Shown in pieces: positions 16,090 through 24,054 of a stretch of DNA of 41,069 nt. This DNA is from a virus. A model generated the notes under the pieces. It searched no databases. It saw nothing but the letters and a program-made list of their open reading frames with translations, and was not told the DNA's origin. Where the stretch lies: positions 1 through 41,069 of the IMG/VR virus record IMGVR_UViG_3300045988_181040. One strand, 5' to 3'. Position numbers and translations under genes: made by a program. The first letter of the stretch is position 1; every line of letters starts with the position of its first letter.

Positions 16090-17155
16090 GAAAGAAGTTG
16101 CAGTGATAGGACTTGGTTTAGCAGGAGAAACAGTTGGGTATGGGTTCCAACAAAGAAATTATCACACGTTGCTGATCAACGGTAGTGAGCAGGACAATCA
16201 GACGATATCTTCTGCGAAGAATGTACTTGTCTTGCGTGGCTATGACGGATTAGCCGGAGATAGAAATCTTGCTTTAGAAGCATTGAAAAATAATATAGAT
16301 ATTGTGAAAAAAATTAAAGAAATTGAACAAAAAATTGTACTTCCGATTGCTTCTGGCGGTGGAACTACAGGTAGTGGAAGTATTACTCATGTTAGTGACA
16401 TTATATGTGCTAATCCGGAAAAGATTGTATGTCCGATTGTACTAATGCCGAGAAAAGATGAATCCATTCAAAAAAGAATTAACGCATATAATACGGTTAA
16501 AGAACTGATGGAAATTGAAGAATTAGGTGCAATGATTCTGGTCAATAATGATGCTCACAAGGATCTGCAGAAGATCAATGAGACGCTTATCAATATGCTT
16601 GATAGATTCTTTACAGACAGTTCTGTATCAAAAGGCTCTAACTTTGATGATTCGGAGAAAATGAGGATGTTAAGAGAACATGGAGTATTTGTGTTGGCAA
16701 TGCTATCTGGAAAAGATAAATCAGTATCAACACAAGATATGATAAATGTTTTGACTGCAAAGAACATCTTTTTACCACTGATGAACGATGGTGTAGTGGG
16801 AAATATCGGTATTATCAATCAAAAGGATAATCACTTAGACGAGCATGAAATCATACAAGCAGTAGGAACACCAGAAAATATTTTTACTGGAAATAACGGA
16901 ACAGCAAATATCGTGTGCCTGTCTGGGTTGTCATTTCCAGTGGATTATATCTCTGAATTAGGAAAATCAGCAGTAGAAGAGCAGCGAGAAAGAATCGGCA
17001 AGCGCAGAACTTTGCAGTTAGAAGAAATCAATATAGGATTGGAAGATTCCAGGAAAACAGCGTCATCACAGAAAACAAGTAAGCGTAGAAAATCAAGTTT
17101 AGATTTGCTGCGAGAATTGGACGATGATGACGATGGTACAGAGATGAACAGTTAA
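16082..17155 (+). CDS. tubZ: Tubulin/FtsZ-superfamily GTPase (TubZ/PhuZ-like)
   Basis: T1 loop VAVIGLGLAGETVG. NGSEQDN matches NT(D/S)xQ(A/D)L. T4 tubulin signature ASGGGTTGSGS. Acidic C-terminal tail LLRELDDDDDGTEMNS. Confidence 0.8.
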   Translation: MIKKEVAVIGLGLAGETVGYGFQQRNYHTLLINGSEQDNQTISSAKNVLVLRGYDGLAGDRNLALEALKNNIDIVKKIKEIEQKIVLPIASGGGTTGSGSITHVSDIICANPEKIVCPIVLMPRKDESIQKRINAYNTVKELMEIEELGAMILVNNDAHKDLQKINETLINMLDRFFTDSSVSKGSNFDDSEKMRMLREHGVFVLAMLSGKDKSVSTQDMINVLTAKNIFLPLMNDGVVGNIGIINQKDNHLDEHEIIQAVGTPENIFTGNNGTANIVCLSGLSFPVDYISELGKSAVEEQRERIGKRRTLQLEEINIGLEDSRKTASSQKTSKRRKSSLDLLRELDDDDDGTEMNS

Positions 17156-17202
17156 GATAATGTGTGAACAGCGAAGAAACAGGTAAATAACATTGAGGAA
17201 AC

Positions 17203-18096
17203 ATGGAGAATAATACTATGAGCAAATCCATAGAAGAAAAGATTATTGATGTGCTATTTGAAAAGAATCGAATCAATTTTGTAATGAAAGATAATTTGGC
17301 GAAGTTCCTGAAAGAGAAGTATGAACCAGAAATAAAAAAGAGCAAGATCAGAAAATCAGAATTGATAGAAGTCACCCACAAATATCTTACACCTGCAACA
17401 TTATCAGATTTTGTAACATTGGACAGATTCGGACTGCTGCAATGTGATATTGAAGAAATACTAGATGTTGGAAAGGTTACAGTAAAACAGTTAATCAATA
17501 CAGGAAAAATAAGAGTACTTACAACTATTACAGATTCACGAGGCAGTTTTAGTATTAAGTATCATGTGTGTAGTATTCCGGATATTATCAAAGTTTCAGA
17601 GTGTGAAAATTTAGAGCCAAAGAGAATAGTTCATAGGGAGGTTCATAATCTTCCGCAAACAGATGAGAACATAGCATGGGCATTGTATATCATCAATAAA
17701 TCAGCAAAAGTGTCCAGAGATACAAAAAATCGAAGCTATAGAAGTGGTGATTATAGAATCTGCAATGCTGCAAAGACAAGAATGTTGAGTCACTATTGCT
17801 TAAAGGATGCAGTGATTAAAAAATTGATTGCAGAAAACCGTATGGAATTTGTAGGTATCAATAAGCAAGAGCTACCTGATGGGAACGTGCAATATTTAGA
17901 ACTGTATAAAATAGGAAGATTTTCATTCCATTTACTGTGCGAAGATACGTCTCGATATAAAGCGGATTTTATTCTGGGAGATATCCATGATCTAATCAGT
18001 GCAGATAAAAGTCGAGATATCAAAATGACATACAGAGATGCGGTACATTTATTGGAAACGTATTCAGGCGTACATCTTACCAGTGATAAAGATTGA
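17203..18096 (+). CDS. Hypothetical protein immediately downstream of tubZ (TubY-position gene)
   Basis: 297-aa ORF, same operon. No family recognised. Confidence 0.6.
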   Translation: MENNTMSKSIEEKIIDVLFEKNRINFVMKDNLAKFLKEKYEPEIKKSKIRKSELIEVTHKYLTPATLSDFVTLDRFGLLQCDIEEILDVGKVTVKQLINTGKIRVLTTITDSRGSFSIKYHVCSIPDIIKVSECENLEPKRIVHREVHNLPQTDENIAWALYIINKSAKVSRDTKNRSYRSGDYRICNAAKTRMLSHYCLKDAVIKKLIAENRMEFVGINKQELPDGNVQYLELYKIGRFSFHLLCEDTSRYKADFILGDIHDLISADKSRDIKMTYRDAVHLLETYSGVHLTSDKD

Positions 18097-18123
18097 GATT
18101 ATGAGAAAAGGAGATTAAAAATT

Positions 18124-18795
18124 ATGATGAACAAAGTAATGAATGAAGCAACAGGAAATACAGGAGCCAGAACACCAGAGCAGATTTTTGAGGTAGTGAA
18201 CAATTATGCACTTACTACACTTAATCTGAGAAAAGACGAAGAAGTTATGGTGATGCAGATCAATCAGTATGAAAGTACTCCGACAGGACATGAATTTTTC
18301 CAGACGTGTCAAATGAATGGGGCAAGCTTTGCTCTCAACGAAGAAAATTTAGTAGCAATAAAAAGCGAATATAATAAGGAAGCTGATTTTCTGCATATCA
18401 CCTGTGAACTTCTGAACGGAATGGAACTTAATCTGATGATTTTGAATGTGGAAGATAACAAAAATGAATTTGCCGAAGATGGATGGAAGGAAACCGATGT
18501 ATATGGTCTGAAAGATTTTCTGGAAGAAACGAAAGGTTACTATCGTGTCTTAGTAAGAGTCACAAACGTATTTGGACTTAACATCGGAATCGAGAATCCT
18601 GCTCCCATTTATATTGATGAAGAGTTGATTCTTAATGTAGGAATAAGAGAAGAATCTGATTCACTGAGTCTTCCGCTTTGCGATGACAGCATAAATCTTT
18701 TTTACATAAAAGAAAGTGACCGTTCCAAAGAAGTTATTATCAAACCATTTGGTCAGCCGTTCCTGGAAATCAAAATGTTATTTATTTTCAAATAA
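18124..18795 (+). CDS. Hypothetical protein
   Basis: 223 aa, with RBS aaaggag 9 nt upstream. Confidence 0.65.
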   Translation: MMNKVMNEATGNTGARTPEQIFEVVNNYALTTLNLRKDEEVMVMQINQYESTPTGHEFFQTCQMNGASFALNEENLVAIKSEYNKEADFLHITCELLNGMELNLMILNVEDNKNEFAEDGWKETDVYGLKDFLEETKGYYRVLVRVTNVFGLNIGIENPAPIYIDEELILNVGIREESDSLSLPLCDDSINLFYIKESDRSKEVIIKPFGQPFLEIKMLFIFK

Positions 18796-18882
18796 TAACG
18801 AACATTCATTGAATTAAATTACAGATTGGCGGTATCTATATAGGATACTGCCGGTACAACAAGGGAAGAGAGGTAAACAAAC

Positions 18883-19236
18883 ATGATAGCGAAGTCAGAG
18901 AATTTGTATCATTTGATTAAGAAGTCAAAAGTGGATGTGATTTCAGTAACAGAAAGATGTGGATCAATGCCGGATGAGACATGCCGTATTACTACTTATG
19001 AATTTACAAAAAATTTGAAGCATCTGGTTAAATCTGGAATATTCAATAATATTGAGTGGAAAGTTGAACAGAAGTCGGAAACGGTTTTGCTTTTGACAAC
19101 TCATGTTTTTGACAAGATATGTGGTACATCTTTGGAAGTTGAGATTACACCGTTTGGTAAAACAACGATGCAGCAAGTGATAGATAAGCTAAAAGAAACA
19201 ATTTTTAGTAAATCCGCACCGCAAATAAGAGAATAA
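18883..19236 (+). CDS. Hypothetical protein
   Basis: 117 aa, with RBS gaagagagg. Confidence 0.6.
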   Translation: MIAKSENLYHLIKKSKVDVISVTERCGSMPDETCRITTYEFTKNLKHLVKSGIFNNIEWKVEQKSETVLLLTTHVFDKICGTSLEVEITPFGKTTMQQVIDKLKETIFSKSAPQIRE

Positions 19237-19307
19237 TACTTATAGGAACTAATTGACAGGCACATTGCTGAATGTGATGTGCCAGATTCAAAGAATGGAG
19301 GAGAGGA

Positions 19308-19499
19308 ATTATTATTACAACAAGAGAAGAAAAGAAAAATTTTATTGTATATTCACAAAAATTAACAGGTTACTTAATGCAGAAAGGTTTTGTTCTTATT
19401 GATATGCGTCCCGATTTGAAAAAATCTGGAAGAAATGTATTTTTCTTTAATGACACTCCACAATTAAAATCGGCAATAGATGAATATATGAGTCGATAG
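19308..19499 (+). CDS. Small DUF5659-like phage protein with an apparent ATT start (absent from the ORF track)
   Basis: The frame is open from 19278 and has no ATG/GTG/TTG before codon 19377. A strong RBS GGAGG (19297-19301) is followed by ATT ATT ATT. The translation ..FIVYSQKLTGYLMQKGFVLIDMRPDLKKSGRNVFFFNDTPQLKSAIDEYMSR resembles small Firmicutes-phage proteins recalled from memory. Confidence 0.5.
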   Translation: MIITTREEKKNFIVYSQKLTGYLMQKGFVLIDMRPDLKKSGRNVFFFNDTPQLKSAIDEYMSR

Positions 19500-19513
19500 T
19501 TGGAGGTGTGCCA

Positions 19514-21094
19514 ATGAAGAGAACCAGAATCACAGATGTGATCACAAAAGAAGATGCAAAAAAATGGAGAGTCGGTAATAACATTTTATTATCAGCACCG
19601 ATGGGGGCAGGAAAGAGTTATTTCTGTAAAAATACTCTGTATGAATTAGCTAAGGAAATAAATGGAAAGATTCTAATGTTAATTCATAGAGCAAACTGCG
19701 TTGATCAATTCAAATATGAAATTGAAGCTGACGGTAAAAGTGATGTGATAGATGTTATCACATATCAGTCACTTGAATATTCCAAGTTGAATAATACAGA
19801 CAAAATAAAGCTATCCAATTATACCTACATAGTTTGTGATGAATTTCATTATTTTTTCAATGATAGTAGCTTTAATAATAAAACCGCAATATCTTTTAAC
19901 ATGATTATGGAAAACGATACAGCGATTCATTTATTTATGTCAGCTACAGGTGAACATATGTCCCGATATATGAAGAAGTTTATTAAAGATAACGATTTGG
20001 AACCGGCGATAGAATACGAAATACCATTTGATTTTTCCTTTATAAAACAATTGACATTTTTTCACAAAGATACAACGATGGAGGAATTTATAAAAGAAAG
20101 GATCAAAAAAGGAGATAAAGGTATTTTTTTCATACAATCAGCAGAAAAGGCTTATAAGCTTTATTCAAAATTTAAAGAGCATTGTATTTTTAACTGTAGT
20201 GCAAATAACAGTAAATATTATGATTATGTGGATAAAGAAAAAATCAAGAATTTGTTAATCAATCAAAGGTTTGAAGAGCAGTTTCTAATTACAACGTCAT
20301 GCTTTGATGCAGGTATAAATATTATTGATACGGATGTCAAGCATATTGTGATTGATATTGTAGATATAGGATCGTTAATACAATGTATAGGTAGAAAACG
20401 TATTCAGAGTGAGGATGACAAGGTGCATATCTATATTAAAATCATAAACAACAATAAACTGGCAGGACTTAGAAGAAGTATGCAGCAGAAGGCAGAAATG
20501 GCTGATTATTATCGAATGAACGAGTATTCTGTTGAAAAGCTGATTGAGAAGTATCCTATGCAGAATGACATCAACAATATACTTTATGATGATTTTGTGT
20601 ATGACAATAATGGAGACGTAATTCCTAATTCATATACTAAGCGGATAAATGAACCAATGTATTTCAAGAAAAAGGAAGATATTGCTGACTATTCCATTAT
20701 GCTTAACAAGTATGGACAGTTTGGATATTGTAAATATCTTGCTGGAATATTTGGATTTTACAATAAATCCACAAAGACATACACATACCGATTGATTAAT
20801 GAAGATTTTTCTTTGGAATCTTATCTTGAGAAAATGGTAAGAGAAAAGGTTATTATGTTGCAACTAAGAGACAGAAGTGAATTAATCAAGAAGATAAATG
20901 CAAAGCAAAATGGAAGGTTACTGAAGAGTAAAAATACTTTGAATGAAGTTTTGAAAGAAAAAGAAATTGAGTACAGGATAAAAGAATTCAAAACTACAAG
21001 GTATATAGAGGACAGTTCTGGGAAGAAAAAGAAGAAGGTTTACAAACAGGCTTGGAAGATAGAAAAAATGGAACCGAAATCTGAGGGCGGTTAA
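19514..21094 (+). CDS. SF2 (DEAD/DEAH-like) helicase
   Basis: Walker A SAPMGAGKSY, motif II IVCDEFHYF, motif III MSATG, motif VI QCIGRKRI. ATG 19514 follows ggaggtg. Confidence 0.8.
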   Translation: MKRTRITDVITKEDAKKWRVGNNILLSAPMGAGKSYFCKNTLYELAKEINGKILMLIHRANCVDQFKYEIEADGKSDVIDVITYQSLEYSKLNNTDKIKLSNYTYIVCDEFHYFFNDSSFNNKTAISFNMIMENDTAIHLFMSATGEHMSRYMKKFIKDNDLEPAIEYEIPFDFSFIKQLTFFHKDTTMEEFIKERIKKGDKGIFFIQSAEKAYKLYSKFKEHCIFNCSANNSKYYDYVDKEKIKNLLINQRFEEQFLITTSCFDAGINIIDTDVKHIVIDIVDIGSLIQCIGRKRIQSEDDKVHIYIKIINNNKLAGLRRSMQQKAEMADYYRMNEYSVEKLIEKYPMQNDINNILYDDFVYDNNGDVIPNSYTKRINEPMYFKKKEDIADYSIMLNKYGQFGYCKYLAGIFGFYNKSTKTYTYRLINEDFSLESYLEKMVREKVIMLQLRDRSELIKKINAKQNGRLLKSKNTLNEVLKEKEIEYRIKEFKTTRYIEDSSGKKKKKVYKQAWKIEKMEPKSEGG

Positions 21095-21249
21095 TCTCTC
21101 TACATTGTCCCGGAAAACAATTTTGACTACCCTATTTGGGTGTAAGGCTTATAATAGAGGATACATCCAAAAAAGGTAGTCAATTTTGAAAATAAATAAT
21201 ATGTGAAAGAAATTATAAAAAATTTTTTCTATTTCAATTTAAATTGTAT

Positions 21250-21282
21250 CTTTGCGTCAGCAAAGACTTTGCGAAGCAAAGT
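21250..21282. repeat. Twin palindromes CTTTGC-N4-GCAAAG and CTTTGC-N3-GCAAAG
   Basis: The two palindromes lie at 21250-21265 and 21267-21281. A related CTTTTTGC-aa-GCAAAAAC lies at 21807-21824. Confidence 0.7.
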
Positions 21283-21574
21283 GAAACGGAGACACGAAGA
21301 AAGGGTCGCTTGCGGCTCTTTCTGAAGTGGATCCAACATTACCTAGATCTCTCTATATATAAGGAATTACGAATTTATATCAAAAAAATTATTTATAAAG
21401 AGAGAATTATTAACTGGGGGAAGGAAGACCAAATTCATAAGTCTTACTACGCACCTTGTTCGCCAAGGCTCACAATCTGCTAGTGCGACTAAATGAATTA
21501 TGCTCTTTTTTGCACTTCCCCCAGACCCCCTTCGCGCACTATAAAATGGATAAAAATTTCAATTAAAATTCTCG

Positions 21575-21695
21575 TAAACCCTTATAAACACTGGGTTTTT
21601 TGCAAAAAACATCCTTTAAAGTCTCCCTATATTATATATATATTAGGGAGAAATGAAAGGATGCGAAATCTCTCTAAACCCTTATAAACACTGGG
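21575..21695. repeat. Direct repeat - AT-loop hairpin - direct repeat module (ori/iteron or recombination-site candidate)
   Basis: taaacccttataaacactggg occurs at 21575-21595 and 21675-21695, exactly 100 bp apart. Hairpin TCTCCCTA (21622-21629) / TAGGGAGA (21644-21651) has a 14-nt pure-AT loop and is centred between them. Confidence 0.7.
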
Positions 21696-21855
21696 AAAAT
21701 TGGCGTTTTAGGTGTGAAAAAATAGAGATTTTAGCTGTAGGTATCGGCTGTACAGGAGAGTTATCGTTATCGGTAGGTTGTGAGCCGTCCCTTGCGGGAC
21801 GATGAGCTTTTTGCAAGCAAAAACCTGCACCGAAAAAATAGAAAAGGAGCTTGTT

Positions 21856-22203
21856 ATGAAAAAAGAATATAAGAAATATTTTGATAAACACATTCTTACA
21901 AAATCAATTCTATTATCTGGATTGGTTACTTGTGAAGAACAGATCAATAAATACGCATATATGGAAAAGAAATGGAAGAATCGTTATGAATCAAATGATC
22001 CTGTATATTACGAATCCTATAAAGCGTGTCGATTAGAATGGATGGGGATGAGAGAAAAGATACAGGCTGTGCTGCAGAAGAATCAGTATCTTATGAGCCA
22101 AATTGTGCAACTGGTAAAAGGAGAAGAATATAGATTACCGCAAAAAGATGTAAGAGCAATTGTAGATTTGATTGATTCAGGAACATACGAATATAGAGAG
22201 TGA
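21856..22203 (+). CDS. Hypothetical protein
   Basis: ATG 21856 follows aaaaggag. The track start at 21802 lies inside hairpin-rich non-coding sequence. Confidence 0.6.
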   Translation: MKKEYKKYFDKHILTKSILLSGLVTCEEQINKYAYMEKKWKNRYESNDPVYYESYKACRLEWMGMREKIQAVLQKNQYLMSQIVQLVKGEEYRLPQKDVRAIVDLIDSGTYEYRE

Positions 22204-22214
22204 GAGGATGTACA

Positions 22215-23078
22215 ATGAGATTAAAGCAGGAATTTTTAGATATGGTAGCACTATTAAATCCAAGTATAACAGCGGACTCATATGATGGAGACTATACAAT
22301 GGATAATGATTTTGTAATGACAGTTTGTGAAAAAAGCGGTGAAGATATTACATACAATTGTTGTTCTGACTGTGAGTATGATTCTGATGATTGCAATTGT
22401 AAGTGCGAGATTTATCAAAAGGTAGATGTTTATTTATGGTCTAATAGAGAAGGATATGGGACAGGATATGTTTTTGGAAAGCCTGCTAAGGATTTTAAGA
22501 TGTTTAAAAATATAAGGTATATTAGCAATAGAAAACAGTTATTGAAAGAAATGAAAATGCTTAAACAGGAATTTGAAGCAGATAGGAATGGCTATGCTGA
22601 TTATGCAAAACGTATATTAGGGCATAAGAAGTATATTAAAGCATTTGTGGATGAAGTAATCAATGACTTTTCAGTATTTGGAAATATAGAGAAGAATATA
22701 ATTCCAGTTGTATTTGATGAAGATTACAGAAAAGATTACGATTTTGAGAAAAAAACTTTTACAAAAGGAGATTTTCAAAATGTGGGAGTTCAATCAGTAA
22801 TTCATATATACGATTCATGGAGCATGAATATAGAAGATATGAAGAAGGCAATTAGACATGAAATTTTGCATTATCTACTGTGGTGCATTGCTCCGCTTGG
22901 AAAGATACATGCGGATGATTCAGGAATTTTTCATTATTTCTGTCATGTATATAATGCTCATGCTTATGAGGAAATGGACAATGAAAATGCAAAAGCATAT
23001 GAAGCATTAAAAGAGCGTAGCAAAAAAGAAGTAAATGAAATTTTGATACAGCTTCTCAATAAAAAGCCTTCTGAATAA
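22215..23078 (+). CDS. Putative Zn-metallopeptidase (SprT-like HExxH) with a Cys-rich N-terminal region
   Basis: AIRHEILHYLLW contains HExxH. CCSDCEYDSDDCNCKCE is the Cys cluster. A ggtcgaa/ttcgacc hairpin follows the stop. Confidence 0.55.
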   Translation: MRLKQEFLDMVALLNPSITADSYDGDYTMDNDFVMTVCEKSGEDITYNCCSDCEYDSDDCNCKCEIYQKVDVYLWSNREGYGTGYVFGKPAKDFKMFKNIRYISNRKQLLKEMKMLKQEFEADRNGYADYAKRILGHKKYIKAFVDEVINDFSVFGNIEKNIIPVVFDEDYRKDYDFEKKTFTKGDFQNVGVQSVIHIYDSWSMNIEDMKKAIRHEILHYLLWCIAPLGKIHADDSGIFHYFCHVYNAHAYEEMDNENAKAYEALKERSKKEVNEILIQLLNKKPSE

Positions 23079-23299
23079 AGTTATCCGATATTTTTCACGG
23101 TCGAATTTTTCGACCAGACTAGGTCAGATGGAGAATCTGGTAAAGAGAGAAAGCAAGAAGGTGTTTCCTGTCTCTGCCTTTTACGATGGTTTACGTCATA
23201 AAAAACACTAGATTTTACATGAAATAGAAGTCCGATACCCCAAGAATGGGGGTACGGGTGTGGAGGTGGATGTAGATGGTAGTCCCAGTTTGGGGCTAA

Positions 23300-23766
23300 C
23301 CTGATTCAGTAGTTCACAGCTTGTTAAGTGCTGATTGTTATAACAACGAACCGTGGTTTGTGGGAAAAGATGTGGCAACGGCGTTAGGGTATGCAAATCC
23401 TAAAAACGCAGTCCCTAAACATGTATCAGACGAAGATAAGCTGAGTACCCAAATCGAGTACGCAGGTCAGAGAAGGACGGTAACGGTAATTAATGAATCT
23501 GGTCTTTACGCTTTAATCTTTGGAAGCAAATTGGAATCAGCAAAATGTTTTAAACATTGGGTTACTTCAGAAGTGTTGCCGAAATGGAAACACCTTCTGG
23601 TAAGCAAAATATGACAATCATCAACGAATCTGGTCTTTACGCTTTAGTATTTGGAAGTCGGTTGGAGTGTGCAAAGAAAAAATCAATCAGATATGTTCCC
23701 TCTACAAATAAAGTTAGTAGATTCCAGAACGCGCCAACCTGCCTTCAAAAAAGGTGTATACAGTAG
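23300..23766 (+). pseudogene. BRO-N (antirepressor-type) gene remnants: N-truncated copy plus an out-of-frame partial duplicate
   Basis: EPWFVGKDVATALGYANPKNAVPKHVSDEDK...VINESGLYALIFGSKLESAKCFKHWVTSEVLP is the BRO-N core, but the leading F.F...VR block is missing. A second piece, GKQNMTIINESGLYALVFGSRLECAKK, lies in another frame. The 21-nt gaatctggtctttacgcttta is repeated at 23495 and 23626. Confidence 0.6.
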
Positions 23767-24054
23767 GTCTACAGCCTGTTTTATGGGTGAAATTCAGCCT
23801 GTTACTTATAGTTTATAAAAGTTACACGCAATGTACTAAAAGTAGAATAAGGGGTATCTGAGAGTTGCTTAGGGCATAAATCCAGGGGTAAAAGTGCTGA
23901 ATATGAAAGTCCGATTTCATCTGAAAAAGGTGATAAAAATATGAAAGCACATGGAGAATAATAAAGTGAATCAGAAATGAACCAATGAATTACGAAGGGA
24001 GAGATTATTATAGGTAGTATTTTAAAACAGGCGAAGCGGTGCAGAATATTAAAA

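Noticed and set aside
16082-17155. Host cell-division FtsZ rather than a plasmid/phage TubZ.
   Set aside because: The context is a mobile element with an overlapping upstream wHTH gene. It has the variant GGGTTGSG signature, lacks the FtsZ C-terminal peptide pattern and has an acidic tail instead.
21575-21695. Possible mini-CRISPR array or solitary repeat units.
   Set aside because: There are only two copies of a 21-25-nt repeat, with a 79-nt spacer containing a hairpin. There are no cas genes, and the repeat length and spacing are atypical for CRISPR.
21244-21947. Four track ORFs in the helicase-downstream gap: 21244..21483 +, 21493..21687 +, 21682..21891 - and 21708..21947 -.
   Set aside because: They have no RBS and odd, low-complexity translations. 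They are built over the palindromes and direct repeats and overlap one another. I treat the region as non-coding.
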